Source: Candidatus Altimarinota bacterium
Lineage (GTDB): Bacteria > Patescibacteriota > Gracilibacteria > 1-14-2-50-48-13
Assembly (NCBI GenBank): GCA_046314355.1
Contig: JBKBWQ010000001.1
Span: forward strand, 1,088,001-1,152,000
Direction: 5' to 3'
Length of the DNA: 64,000 nucleotides
Each line of letters starts with the position of its first letter. Position 1 is the stretch's first letter. A model generated the notes under the pieces. The model saw only the letters and a program-made list of their open reading frames with translations, had not been told where the DNA came from and searched no databases. Shown piece after piece: positions 1 to 9,963 of this stretch. Made by a program: the position numbers and the translations under genes.

Positions 1-1251
1 ATTTGGTATGACCACTGGCTGCATCATGAGAGGTACATTTGGCACAAGTACTATGTCCTCATCGTCATCTTTTTTCTGAGATTCATCCTGGGCATATTTT
101 CTAGTTGTATCAGCACTATTTTCTAGAAAGTTTACATAAGGAGAATGTATCTGGGATCCAGCTGGCAAATGCCAGAGGAGAGAGAGTTCCTGCGTACTAA
201 GGTAATCTATGGTATCAGAATCGAGTTTTCTTTTCTGAAAGAGATGTTTAATAAAACCAGTGGTATTCTTGATTGTATTTGGCTTTAGTGTATTTCCGTC
301 TGGCTTGGAGAAGATAATGTATGTTTGTGTAACTTCTTTCATGAGTACTGGGCGGTATAGTGCTGCATCTGCAGTTCCATACAGAATACGTATGTTTGAA
401 GAAAGAATAGGATATTTTGCTTTCTCTTTCATATTGGCTTCCTTTGGATCGTTCTCTACTTTGACTTCTGCTGGTTTTGAACTGAAAATATTGATGAAAT
501 ATCCTATAAAACGAAAGGGAGCAGTAAGGAGTTTTTTCCAAAAAGGAGTTACAAGAGCTCTTCTTGCCATGATACGCTCACGACCTTTCCAGAAGGAATG
601 TTTTTTATTATCAAGTGCGGTACCGACTTTTGCCCCTTCAGCTTTCCATTCTTTTCCTGCAGGACTCACTACATACTGTATCCAGATTTCTTCTCCTGGC
701 TGGAGGGTGGAGATGGCGCTCGTAACTGCAGCGAGAGGATCGGTGGATGTATCACCTGTAGTCTGCATATCTGCAAAAAGTTTCAGTGGTAATGTATCTC
801 CTGTTGCCAGATCCATAGTAACAGCATCGATCTTTGCAAAGGGAGCCTGAGCCATATAGTCCGTCACAGGGTCGATAACGATGCTTTTATATTTTCCTTT
901 AAGTACATGAGTAAGACTATTTGTCATTTGTCCTTTTTCTGCCCAAATGAAAAAACGGATAGATCCGGAGGTTGCGAGTATCTCAAAACTTACGCGAGGC
1001 TGTACTTTGCCAGCATAGGTGTCTTTCCACTTTATTTTCTGAAGAAAGGCAGCAACATTCTGAAATATCTGCTCTGCGTCTTTGAAAGAATGTTCTTCAA
1101 ATTTAGAAATTCGCAGTTCAAGAAGATTATATTCTTTAGTTTTTTCAGTATCAGCTCTTTTTAATCGAATCTGAAGCTGGATATACTGTTCAAGTGCAAC
1201 TGCTGCAATGAAAAGGAAGAGGAGGAGAAAGAGAATGAGTTCAAATGACAT
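1..1251 (-). CDS. Partial (3'-truncated) membrane-anchored protein resembling the CPR N-terminal domain found ahead of VirB4/TraG-like (DUF87-type) ATPases
   Basis: Not in the ORF track. Hand translation from ATG 1251 stays open to base 1 (417 codons): MSFELILFLLLFLFIAAVALEQ... (N-terminal TM), with motifs VSFEILA..G.IRFFIW, DPLAAVTSAISTLQPGEEIWIQYVVSP and LSTQELSLLWHLP. The family link is from recall of CPR proteins. Confidence 0.75.
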   Translation of the reverse strand, partial: MSFELILFLLLFLFIAAVALEQYIQLQIRLKRADTEKTKEYNLLELRISKFEEHSFKDAEQIFQNVAAFLQKIKWKDTYAGKVQPRVSFEILATSGSIRFFIWAEKGQMTNSLTHVLKGKYKSIVIDPVTDYMAQAPFAKIDAVTMDLATGDTLPLKLFADMQTTGDTSTDPLAAVTSAISTLQPGEEIWIQYVVSPAGKEWKAEGAKVGTALDNKKHSFWKGRERIMARRALVTPFWKKLLTAPFRFIGYFINIFSSKPAEVKVENDPKEANMKEKAKYPILSSNIRILYGTADAALYRPVLMKEVTQTYIIFSKPDGNTLKPNTIKNTTGFIKHLFQKRKLDSDTIDYLSTQELSLLWHLPAGSQIHSPYVNFLENSADTTRKYAQDESQKKDDDEDIVLVPNVPLMMQPVVIPN

Positions 1252-1550
1252 ATGTGTAGGTTTTCCAGTATGTTTTATATCTTGTACATACAGTATAACA
1301 GAGAATAGAGCCTAGGGAAATGCGTAACATCTGTAAAACTGTAGTTATATTGACAAACTCTATATTATGAATCTTTTATCTTTTGTAAATATATTACTGT
1401 TTCGTAAACATTTCTTATAGCTATGACTGCTTGGGTCAGTAAATTTAAAAAATATCTATAAGAAATAGGATTGAATAGATTCTCTAACTCATATTGCTCT
1501 CTTTTCGAGAAACAGGTAATCTCTGAAGTAGTCTATACTTTGCATATACC

Positions 1551-2822
1551 ATGTTCACTCAAAATATTCTTTCCAATAAAATCAGGGTTGTTACGGCCCC
1601 AGTCCCATCTGTCGACTCTGTAACAGTACTAGTACTCTTTGCTGCAGGATCACGCTATGAAGATCTTAAAATCAATGGTATAGCTCATTTTCTTGAGCAT
1701 ATGTTCTTTAAAGGAGCAAAGAAATACAAAACTCCAAAGGACGTTTCTCTAGCCGTAGATCGTCTTGGCGGAATGTTTAATGCTTTTACTGATAAAGAAT
1801 ATGTAGGATATTATATACGGCTTGCTTCTGAGCATACGGAGACTGCCTTTGATATTTTATCTGACATGCTTCTCTATCCTGCTTTCCCACATGAAGAAAT
1901 AAATAAAGAGCGCGGAGTAATTCTGGAAGAAATGAATATGTATCAAGATGCTCCTGCTCAGCAGATCTTTTGGGACTTTGAGAGACATTTACTAGGAGAT
2001 CAGCCTATAGGGTGGGATGAAATTGGTACAAAAGAATTGATCAATACTGTTACTCAGGATGATTTCAATGCGTATAAAGAGCACTTTTATACACCTGATA
2101 ATATGGTGGTAAGTGTTGCGGGAAATGTTACTTCTCAGCAGGTAAAAGAGTTAACAGAAAAATATTTTGGTTCGATGGAAGGCACCAAACAGAGAAGTTA
2201 TGTGCCCTTTGATGAATCTAAGATTCCAGAGAAAAAGGTATCGATCCGAGTAAAAGATACGGATCAGGCTCATCTTATGATAGGTATCAGAGGATGTACA
2301 CTCCACGATAAAGATAGAATGATACAAAAGCTTCTTTCAATTGCACTTGGAGGAAATTCGAGTTCTAGAATGTTCCAGCATCTTCGTGAAGAAAAAGGGC
2401 TTTGTTATTACATTCATACAGGCGGATCTTCTTATCATGATACAGGTACTTTTTATGCAAAAGCAGGCATAACGGTCAATAAAATTGAAGAAGCTCTTCC
2501 GGCAATTGCTGAAGAATTTAGAAAAATGCTTTCCGAGTATTCAATAACTCAGGAAGAACTTGATATTGCAAAAAGCTACTTTAAGGGAACATTAGTTTTA
2601 TCATTGGAAGATACAGAGAGCCTTGCGCATTACGCTGGGAAAGAATGGCTTTTGAAGGACAAGATTACAACTATTGATGAATTGAAGTCTCAGGTAGAAG
2701 CGATCACGCTTAATGATATTGCAGAATTTGTGAAAACCTGGTTTAAAAAACCTGAGTTTTATCTTTCTGTTATTGGTCCTTACGCAGGGAAAGAAGAGAC
2801 ATTCTATAATTGTATCAAGTAA
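1551..2822 (+). CDS. M16 family (pitrilysin/insulinase-like) zinc peptidase
   Basis: Inverted zincin motif GIAHFLEHMFFKG, NAFT, and ERGVILEE third ligand. Confidence 0.93.
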   Translation: MFTQNILSNKIRVVTAPVPSVDSVTVLVLFAAGSRYEDLKINGIAHFLEHMFFKGAKKYKTPKDVSLAVDRLGGMFNAFTDKEYVGYYIRLASEHTETAFDILSDMLLYPAFPHEEINKERGVILEEMNMYQDAPAQQIFWDFERHLLGDQPIGWDEIGTKELINTVTQDDFNAYKEHFYTPDNMVVSVAGNVTSQQVKELTEKYFGSMEGTKQRSYVPFDESKIPEKKVSIRVKDTDQAHLMIGIRGCTLHDKDRMIQKLLSIALGGNSSSRMFQHLREEKGLCYYIHTGGSSYHDTGTFYAKAGITVNKIEEALPAIAEEFRKMLSEYSITQEELDIAKSYFKGTLVLSLEDTESLAHYAGKEWLLKDKITTIDELKSQVEAITLNDIAEFVKTWFKKPEFYLSVIGPYAGKEETFYNCIK

Positions 2823-2824
2823 AT

Positions 2825-3991
2825 ATGCCAATCCGACTTTGTATTATAGATCAGGGTGAGATCTTTGGAGGAGCAGAATGTTTTGCTCTTGATCTTATCC
2901 GTATGCTGCCGAAAGATGTATACGAAGTACATGTATGCATCTCAAAAAATGCTCATTCAACCTACAAACAGGCATTAGAAGAGATGCATTTTGTGAAAGT
3001 ACATGAAATTACGATTCCTCAGCTGAGACCTCTTTCCTTGCCGAAAATTTTTCAATTTGTGCAGTCGTGCTTTTCACTTTTTCAGATTTTGAGAAAGACA
3101 AAGGCACAGATAATATATACAAATACTGTGAGGGCTCATTTGGTTGGATCTGTAGTAAGTCTTCTGAGAAATACTCCTCTGATTTGGGTCTTACATGATT
3201 TTACTTTTCCAAAAGCTTTTATAAAGCGGCTGATCTTTATCCCGAAAAAAGTGATAGGTGTATCAGAGGTTGTGCTGGAATATGTACAGGACACATGTGG
3301 ACAGAGATGGGATGATAAATTCGTAGTAATTCCCAATGGTGTTACTATAGAGAAGGTGCTGACTCCTTCTCTCGAGACGCTATCTGATTTAGAAAAGAAA
3401 CCTTTTATTTTTGAAGATTCAAAAAGATATATAGGTATCATTGGTAGGATTGATGTATGGAAAGGGCAAGATATCTTTTTGAAAGCAGCAAAAATTTTAA
3501 AGGAACAGTATCCACAGCATGAACATTTAGAATTTGTGGTTGTGGGTGGAATCACAGCTACAGATAAAGAAAGAAAGCAGTATGCAGAGAATTTGCAAAC
3601 ATATGCAAAAGAAAATGAATTATCGAATGTGACTTTTCTTGGACACCAGGATATTGAAAACATCCTTCCAAGACTGCATATACTGATTCAGGCTTCCACC
3701 GCTCCTGAACCCTTTGGAAGAACAGTTATTGAGGCATTTCAGGCTGGGATACCTGTGGTTGCTGCTAATATAGGTGCCTTAAAGAGTATAGTCGCGTATG
3801 GACAAAACGGACTTTCCTTTGAGCCTGGAAATCCCCAGGACTTAGCACAGAAGATAGCTTTACTATTAGAGGATAAGCATCTGTATAACACGGTAAAAGT
3901 GAATGCTGAGAGAGATGTACGTGCAAAATATAGTATGCAAAGAGTTCTTGATATGTTTATAGAAGTCCTACAAACGATAAGTGTCAAATAA
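2825..3991 (+). CDS. Glycosyltransferase family 4 (GT-B)
   Basis: GGAE N-terminal motif, GRIDVWKGQD, EPFGRTVIEA. ATG 2825 chosen over TTG 2810. Confidence 0.9.
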   Translation: MPIRLCIIDQGEIFGGAECFALDLIRMLPKDVYEVHVCISKNAHSTYKQALEEMHFVKVHEITIPQLRPLSLPKIFQFVQSCFSLFQILRKTKAQIIYTNTVRAHLVGSVVSLLRNTPLIWVLHDFTFPKAFIKRLIFIPKKVIGVSEVVLEYVQDTCGQRWDDKFVVIPNGVTIEKVLTPSLETLSDLEKKPFIFEDSKRYIGIIGRIDVWKGQDIFLKAAKILKEQYPQHEHLEFVVVGGITATDKERKQYAENLQTYAKENELSNVTFLGHQDIENILPRLHILIQASTAPEPFGRTVIEAFQAGIPVVAANIGALKSIVAYGQNGLSFEPGNPQDLAQKIALLLEDKHLYNTVKVNAERDVRAKYSMQRVLDMFIEVLQTISVK

Positions 3992-4101
3992 CGTTTGCTG
4001 TAGCCATGATTCGGTATGCTTGGAATATGTGTATTTTTATGTTTTTTTATGGAAAGTTAGGCTACGTGCGAGTTAAAATGAATTAATTTAGATAAAATGG
4101 C

Positions 4102-4130
4102 TTGCAAACACTACATCTACTCCCTATAAT
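4102..4130 (+). promoter_or_regulatory. Sigma70-type promoter of the HU gene
   Basis: TTGCAA (4102-4107), 17 nt, TATAAT (4125-4130), about 40 nt before the ATG. Confidence 0.7.
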
Positions 4131-4169
4131 TCTTTTGCTATTAGGTTTTATTTTCTTATTTATCAACCT

Positions 4170-4442
4170 ATGACTAAGCAAGATCTCGTTGCTCACCTTG
4201 CAAACAAGGCTGGAGTTACAAAGAAGCAGGCTGGAGTAATGCTTGAGAGTTTTATGGATGCAGTTATGGCTGCTCTTAAGAAGGGTGATTCTCTTACTCT
4301 TACTGGATTCGGAACTTTCAAGGTAAGTAAGCGAGCTGCTCGACAGGGTGTAAATCCTCGAACACGACAGAAGATTAGTATTCCTGCAATGAAGGTTCCT
4401 GCTTTCAAAGCTGGTAAGAAATTCCGAGAGGTTGTTAAATAA
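4170..4442 (+). CDS. hup: HU DNA-binding protein
   Basis: MTKQDLV...LTGFGTFKV..RAARQGVNPRT...IPAMKVPAFKAGK is the canonical HU pattern. Confidence 0.96.
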   Translation: MTKQDLVAHLANKAGVTKKQAGVMLESFMDAVMAALKKGDSLTLTGFGTFKVSKRAARQGVNPRTRQKISIPAMKVPAFKAGKKFREVVK

Positions 4443-4455
4443 GCTCTCCTAAATT

Positions 4456-4495
4456 AAAAAATCTCTATCACGTAAGCGTGATAGAGATTTTTTTT
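4456..4495. terminator. Bidirectional intrinsic terminator
   Basis: AAAAAATCTCTATCACG-TAAG-CGTGATAGAGATTTTTT between convergent genes. Confidence 0.88.
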
Positions 4496-4507
4496 GTTCA
4501 AATGAAA

Positions 4508-5389
4508 TTATGCTGCATTCTGAGGAGGTCTCTGCTGTGGCGCTCTCTCTTTTTGAGGCTGCTGTTGTGGTCTTGGATGATGAGGTTTTGGTGCTGCAGG
4601 AGCCTGAGGATGCTGTGGTCGAGGCTTATTCGTATTTTGTGGAGCTTCTTCCTTATCAATTTTTAAAATAGTTTTAAGTTCCTGAAACATGCCTCTCATA
4701 CGCTCTATCTGTTCTTTCCGTGAAGCTTTGAGTTCTCGGATTGCACTCTGCTCCATTTTAATATTATCTTCGTGGATCTGAATCTCTCTGTCTATTTCTC
4801 CTTCTTCTTCTTCAAATCTCTGCTTTAATTCTGCAAGAAGATCATCAGATGTCTTTTTAGATGCAGAATCATCACTATACCCGGAGGACGTTGTATCATC
4901 TACTGAAGTATCCGCTGTATTTTCTACTGGAGTATCTTGCCATCCAGTATCTACTGGTGTTTCTTCCACTGGCGCAGCTTCTTCCCAAGGATTTGCTGTA
5001 ACGGCTGGTGTTGCGTTATCTACAGGTGCCTCCCATGGATTTGAAGGAGCAGATGTCGGTGGTACCACTGCAGAATCCCAAGGATTCACAGCTGATTCAG
5101 CCGTAGGTGCTGCTGGTGCTTCCCATGGATTTACAGGCTGTGCTGCAGTAGCTGGATCTGCTATTGGATCAGTAAAAGCAGTTGTTCCAAATGGATTGCT
5201 GTCAGGAATAGCAGTAGGGGTATCTCCAGCTGGGCTGAATGATAGCCATGGTGGAGTTGTGCTGCTGTCATCAGCAGGTGGATTGATTCCCTGTGAAGAT
5301 CCTCCCTGTCCTTGTGCGCTAGCATCAGTAAAAGGATTTGATGACTGCTGTCCGCCTGGCTGTGCACCTTGATTTGTATTTTGATCCAT
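4508..5389 (-). CDS. Hypothetical protein: disordered acidic region with NPF/NPW repeats, coiled coil, P/Q-rich tail
   Basis: Long ORF with SNPF x2 and VNPWE/VNPWD/SNPWE/ANPWE repeats, then a heptad-like segment. A TATACT -10 lies upstream on the minus strand (about 5424-5429). Confidence 0.75.
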   Translation of the reverse strand: MDQNTNQGAQPGGQQSSNPFTDASAQGQGGSSQGINPPADDSSTTPPWLSFSPAGDTPTAIPDSNPFGTTAFTDPIADPATAAQPVNPWEAPAAPTAESAVNPWDSAVVPPTSAPSNPWEAPVDNATPAVTANPWEEAAPVEETPVDTGWQDTPVENTADTSVDDTTSSGYSDDSASKKTSDDLLAELKQRFEEEEGEIDREIQIHEDNIKMEQSAIRELKASRKEQIERMRGMFQELKTILKIDKEEAPQNTNKPRPQHPQAPAAPKPHHPRPQQQPQKERAPQQRPPQNAA

Positions 5390-5447
5390 ATGCAAATTTA
5401 AAGTAGGTAAATTTAGGATTCATAGTATAATAGCATAGCTTTATTTT

Positions 5448-6785
5448 ATGGGCAACAAAATGCTACAGGAAAAAATTGCTACTGTATTAGAAAGGTATAC
5501 ATATAAAGATGCTTCAATTATTGTAGGTGTCTCAGGAGGTGTAGATTCGGTTGTATTGCTGAATCTGCTTTTTAAAATAGGGTATACAAATATTATAGTT
5601 GCACATATAAACCACTCATTGAGAGATGAAGCAGTAGATGATGCTTCTTTTGTAAAGAAGACTGCATTAGAAATGAATTATCGATATGAAGAAAAAATAG
5701 TAGATCTTAAGAAAATTGCTTTTCATACAAAAGATAGTCTTGAAAATTCTGGAAGAAAAATACGATACGCATTTTTTGAAGAGCTGCGTATTGCGTCAAA
5801 GGGATCTCTGATTCTAACTGCCCACCATGCTGATGATCTTTTAGAATCAAAAATGATGCATCTGCTAAGAGGAAGCGGACTGAGAGGTCTGGAAGGGATA
5901 AAACTTTACGATGAAAAGAGATATCTGCTTCGCCCATTGTTGCATATAAAGAAAGAAGAGTTGAAGGAATTCGCTCTTGCAAACGCTCTTACATGGAAAG
6001 AAGATCAGACAAATACTGATACTTCCTTTTTGAGAAATAAGATACGTCATGATGTGATACCTCTCTGTCAGAGTATAAATCCTGCTGTAGATAGTGTATT
6101 TGATAGATTGTCTCAGCAAGCTCTTGAGATTGAAGATTTTTTATACCAAGAATTACTTTCCCGCATTGGAAGCCTTGAAGATGAACAGTATGTTTTTAAA
6201 AATCTTACTGAGCTTCCTGCAGTATTATTAAAAGAATTTATTGTAAGGAAAATCAGAAATAATGATGCTGAATTTATTATCACTACTGCTCATATTGAGA
6301 ATGTATTTACTCAATTTCTTCGTATGACGTCTGGACATACAATATCCTTTTCACCGGCTCTAGAGTGTGCGCGAAGTTTTGAAACTGTGTATATTAGCCC
6401 TTATAGAGCTATAGATCCTTTAGTAGAAGACACTGTATTAGATTTTAATATTTTTCCTGATAGTTTTTCTTTTGGAGAGATAAACTGCAGCATCTCAGCT
6501 GCCCCTACTGAACTTCAGATACTCAAAGAAAGTGCCGAAGCAGGAATTCTTGTAAGATTTCCAAAGGAGGGAGATAGAGTACTGCTCTCACATGGAGAGA
6601 AGCAGTTTCATAAACCTCTAAAAAAATACTTTATAGAAAAGAAAATTCCTGTAGAGTTAAGACACAAAATTCCTGTGTTAATATCCCATAAAACAGGAGA
6701 AGTGATTGCTCTTCTAGGTCAGCAGTCACTTGTAGTAACAACACAACCATCTATTTATCTTAAATGTGAGCATGCACATCGATAA
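5448..6785 (+). CDS. tilS: tRNA(Ile)-lysidine synthase
   Basis: PP-loop VSGGVDSVVL, AHINHSLR, TAHHADD, RPLL, EDQTN...RNKIRH. Confidence 0.95.
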   Translation: MGNKMLQEKIATVLERYTYKDASIIVGVSGGVDSVVLLNLLFKIGYTNIIVAHINHSLRDEAVDDASFVKKTALEMNYRYEEKIVDLKKIAFHTKDSLENSGRKIRYAFFEELRIASKGSLILTAHHADDLLESKMMHLLRGSGLRGLEGIKLYDEKRYLLRPLLHIKKEELKEFALANALTWKEDQTNTDTSFLRNKIRHDVIPLCQSINPAVDSVFDRLSQQALEIEDFLYQELLSRIGSLEDEQYVFKNLTELPAVLLKEFIVRKIRNNDAEFIITTAHIENVFTQFLRMTSGHTISFSPALECARSFETVYISPYRAIDPLVEDTVLDFNIFPDSFSFGEINCSISAAPTELQILKESAEAGILVRFPKEGDRVLLSHGEKQFHKPLKKYFIEKKIPVELRHKIPVLISHKTGEVIALLGQQSLVVTTQPSIYLKCEHAHR

Positions 6786-7902
6786 ACCTCTGTATGTAAA
6801 CGGCTACTTCCTATCCCAGCCTTTTACAGGCACCGGCATTGTGACTATTGAGCATTTGAAAAATATTCGTAAGCTCTCTCCTAAAAGGAAGATTATCCTA
6901 CTCTTTCTTGAAGGACAGGTAGAGCATCCAGAAGAATTCGGTAAGACTTTTTCCTGCGATGTTCACGTAATGAAGCTCTCTTATAAGATTCCAGGATTCT
7001 TGCGTCGATTCATTTGGGAATATATTGCGATTCCGAGATTCTTCAGAGATAAAACACAAAGTACTTATTTTAGTACTTTCCTGCATCCTATGATGTCTTT
7101 TCCTGGAAAAGGAAATACATTCGCTATGATACTTCATGATATCTTTCCCTGGAAATATTCCGCTTACTCCACAAAGGCTACAAGAAAGCTCTATAATTTT
7201 CTTATGAAAAGGACTATTACAAATCCGAAGTTAACTCTGATTACTGTTTCAAACACATCACGCAGAGATATTATTTCTTATTTTCATTTAAAGAAGCCTG
7301 TTGAGGTAATAGTAAATGGAGTTGATCATGTAAAAGAGTATCCTCTTGAATCTTACATAGAAGTACAGGAAAAGTTTCACATACGGCGACCGTATATTTT
7401 TTATATGGGCGGATATGATACAAGAAAACGTATTGTTTTACTGATAGAAGCTTTCAAGATGCTAAGAAAAGAACATGCTGAATTGTTGCTTGTGCTGGGT
7501 GGTAATATTCATTATCAATCAAATCTTTATACGGATATCAAGGAGCTGCTTGATGGCTTGCCAGGAGTGATTCATACAGGGTTTTTATCCGCTTCTGATA
7601 TGAAATCTCTTTATCATTATGCGGCAGTTGTTGCACATCCTACCGCTGATGAAGGGTTTAATGTGGCGATTGGAGAAGCATTGATGGAAAAAGTACCTGT
7701 GCTAGCATCAGATATTCCGGTGCACCAAGAACTTTGGGGAAAATGGATTGAGCTTGTAGACTTTACAGATACACAAAAAGTATGTAAATTACTTGAAGAA
7801 ATAATATACTCCTCTAATTACGTGAGAAAAGAAATGACTAGCGAAGATGAACAAATCTTTGCCTGGAAACACAGTGCAGAACAGCTACTTCGTTTACTCT
7901 AA
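6766..7902 (+). CDS. Glycosyltransferase family 4
   Basis: HDIFP, YMGGYDTRK, EGFNVAIGEA, SDIPVHQE. Confidence 0.88.
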   Translation: MSMHIDKPLYVNGYFLSQPFTGTGIVTIEHLKNIRKLSPKRKIILLFLEGQVEHPEEFGKTFSCDVHVMKLSYKIPGFLRRFIWEYIAIPRFFRDKTQSTYFSTFLHPMMSFPGKGNTFAMILHDIFPWKYSAYSTKATRKLYNFLMKRTITNPKLTLITVSNTSRRDIISYFHLKKPVEVIVNGVDHVKEYPLESYIEVQEKFHIRRPYIFYMGGYDTRKRIVLLIEAFKMLRKEHAELLLVLGGNIHYQSNLYTDIKELLDGLPGVIHTGFLSASDMKSLYHYAAVVAHPTADEGFNVAIGEALMEKVPVLASDIPVHQELWGKWIELVDFTDTQKVCKLLEEIIYSSNYVRKEMTSEDEQIFAWKHSAEQLLRLL

Positions 7903-7903
7903 T

Positions 7904-8449
7904 ATGCACCAAAATATTCCTCAGCCGCGACCTCTTGATGTAACCTTTGAAGGAAAATTTCCTGATGAGACAGTATACTATGTCTTTGAGAAACACTGGA
8001 TATCAGAGCTGCCTGAGTTGCTTACGCTGATATTTTTTTATATTGTGCCTACTATTGCCGCAATAGTTATCTCCTTTCTTGTGGAGATGCGCTATATCCC
8101 TTTGGTTTGGCTTTTGGCATCTTTTTATCTTATTATAACAGGTCTTCTTCTTTTGATCCGATGGCTCAATGAAGCTCTAGATCTTTTTGTACTTACAGAT
8201 AAAAGACTGATAGACATTACGCAACGTGGCTTTCTAAGCAGACAGACTACTGCAGCAAATCTTTCTCAAATACAGCACGTAACATATAAGCAGCGAGGTG
8301 TTGTAGATACGGTATTGAACTTAGGATATGTGGATGTACTTACTGCAGGATCTAATCCAGATATGGCTCTCGAATATATAGAAAACCCTGCTCAGGTAGC
8401 AGATATAATTCTAGACTTCGCTGTTGAGAAAACAAAGATACACCAATAG
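7904..8449 (+). CDS. PH-domain (bPH_2-like) membrane protein
   Basis: Two TM helices, then LTDKRLIDITQRGFLSR...IQHV..KQRG...LNLGYVDVLTAG. ATG 7904 directly follows the upstream stop. Confidence 0.75.
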   Translation: MHQNIPQPRPLDVTFEGKFPDETVYYVFEKHWISELPELLTLIFFYIVPTIAAIVISFLVEMRYIPLVWLLASFYLIITGLLLLIRWLNEALDLFVLTDKRLIDITQRGFLSRQTTAANLSQIQHVTYKQRGVVDTVLNLGYVDVLTAGSNPDMALEYIENPAQVADIILDFAVEKTKIHQ

Positions 8450-8568
8450 TGTTGTATTGAGCTTTATATGTATTATGAATAGCATGAAATTTGTTTATTC
8501 TGCTTCTTTTGTGGTACAATTATGTGAAACATACTAATTCTGTTCACTTCCTTAAAATCTTTTCTTGT

Positions 8569-9963
8569 ATGAATATCACATTTCATGGAGCTGCTCGTAT
8601 GGTTACCGGTTCAAAACATTTACTTGAGGTAGATGGTCTTCGTATTTTGCTGGATTGTGGAATGTTCCAGGGGCATGACGATGAGGTACGAGAATGGAAT
8701 ACAAAGCTGCCAGTAGACCCTAAAACACTTGATTATATTATACTTTCGCACGCTCATATAGATCATTCAGGTCTGATACCTTATTTTATCAAACAGGGAT
8801 TTAAAGGGCAGATCGTCTGTACCTTAGCAACAAAAGATCTTGTATCTATTATGCTTGAGGATAGCGGAAAAATTCAGGAACATGATGCTCAGTTCATGAA
8901 TGAGAAAATCGACCGTCATCATTTGGACAAACCAAAAATTGAACCTCTCTACAACGCTGCTGATGCCATTGCTTCAGTAAAATACTTTCTTGGTGTAAAC
9001 TACAACTCTCCATTCCAGCTCTCACCTAATGTCTCAGTAACCTTTCAGGATGCAGGACATATTCTAGGTTCTTCAATAGTTGAGATACGCGATAATACTC
9101 AAGGAAAAAAGCTTGTATTTACAGGAGATCTTGGACGAAAAGGACTGCCTATTCTGAAAGATCCAGTGCAGATTCAAGAAGCTGATTACCTGATCACTGA
9201 AAGTACTTACGGCAATCGTGTCCATGACACAGTGGCAGATATGGAAATCTCTATTAAAAAAGTGGTGGAAGAGACTGTAGCTAGAGGAGGAAAAATCATC
9301 ATCCCATCTTTCTCTGTAGGTCGAACTCAGGAGATAGTATATATTCTACACCTGCTATGGGAAAAGAAAGAGATACCTGCAATTCCTATCTATGTGGATT
9401 CACCGCTTTCAAAAAAAGCCACTGAGGTATTTCAGAGACATCCTGAATGTTATGATGTTGAAACATATCAGACATTTCTTATGGACTCAGTAAATCCTTT
9501 TGGATTTCAAAGTCTCACATATATCTCTGAAGTAGCAGAATCAATTGCGCTCAATGATCTTCATCAGCCTGCAATTATTATTTCCTCTTCTGGTATGTGT
9601 GAGAATGGAAGAATTCTTCACCACCTAAAGAAAAATCTTCCAAATCCGAATAATACAATCTTAATCGTAGGATATCAGGCTCAAGGTACTCTTGGTCGAA
9701 GACTTGTGGAAGGAGCTTCGCAAGTGACTATACATGGAAAAATGAGACCTGTGGAGGCAGACATTGTGGTACTTAACTCTTTTTCTGCACATGCGGATAA
9801 GGATGAACTTTTTGAATTCGCGACACATATTAAAGGTCTAAAAAAGGTCTTCCTAGTACATGGAGAAGATGCGCAGTCTTTACCGTTTGCGGAGCGCCTA
9901 AAAACTGAAGGTCACATCCCAGAAGTAGAGGTGCCTTTTAAGGGGCAAAAGTGTGAACTCTAG
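8569..9963 (+). CDS. MBL-fold beta-CASP ribonuclease (Ysh1/TTHA0252-like)
   Basis: GAARMVTGSKHLL, SHAHIDHSG, AGHILGS, ESTYGNR, FSAHAD, VHGE. ATG 8569 chosen. Confidence 0.92.
   Translation: MNITFHGAARMVTGSKHLLEVDGLRILLDCGMFQGHDDEVREWNTKLPVDPKTLDYIILSHAHIDHSGLIPYFIKQGFKGQIVCTLATKDLVSIMLEDSGKIQEHDAQFMNEKIDRHHLDKPKIEPLYNAADAIASVKYFLGVNYNSPFQLSPNVSVTFQDAGHILGSSIVEIRDNTQGKKLVFTGDLGRKGLPILKDPVQIQEADYLITESTYGNRVHDTVADMEISIKKVVEETVARGGKIIIPSFSVGRTQEIVYILHLLWEKKEIPAIPIYVDSPLSKKATEVFQRHPECYDVETYQTFLMDSVNPFGFQSLTYISEVAESIALNDLHQPAIIISSSGMCENGRILHHLKKNLPNPNNTILIVGYQAQGTLGRRLVEGASQVTIHGKMRPVEADIVVLNSFSAHADKDELFEFATHIKGLKKVFLVHGEDAQSLPFAERLKTEGHIPEVEVPFKGQKCEL

Noticed and set aside
248-1164. ORF-track entries 248..541, 260..850, 598..792 and 907..1164
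   Set aside because: Shadows of the long minus-strand CDS from 1251 that runs off the window.
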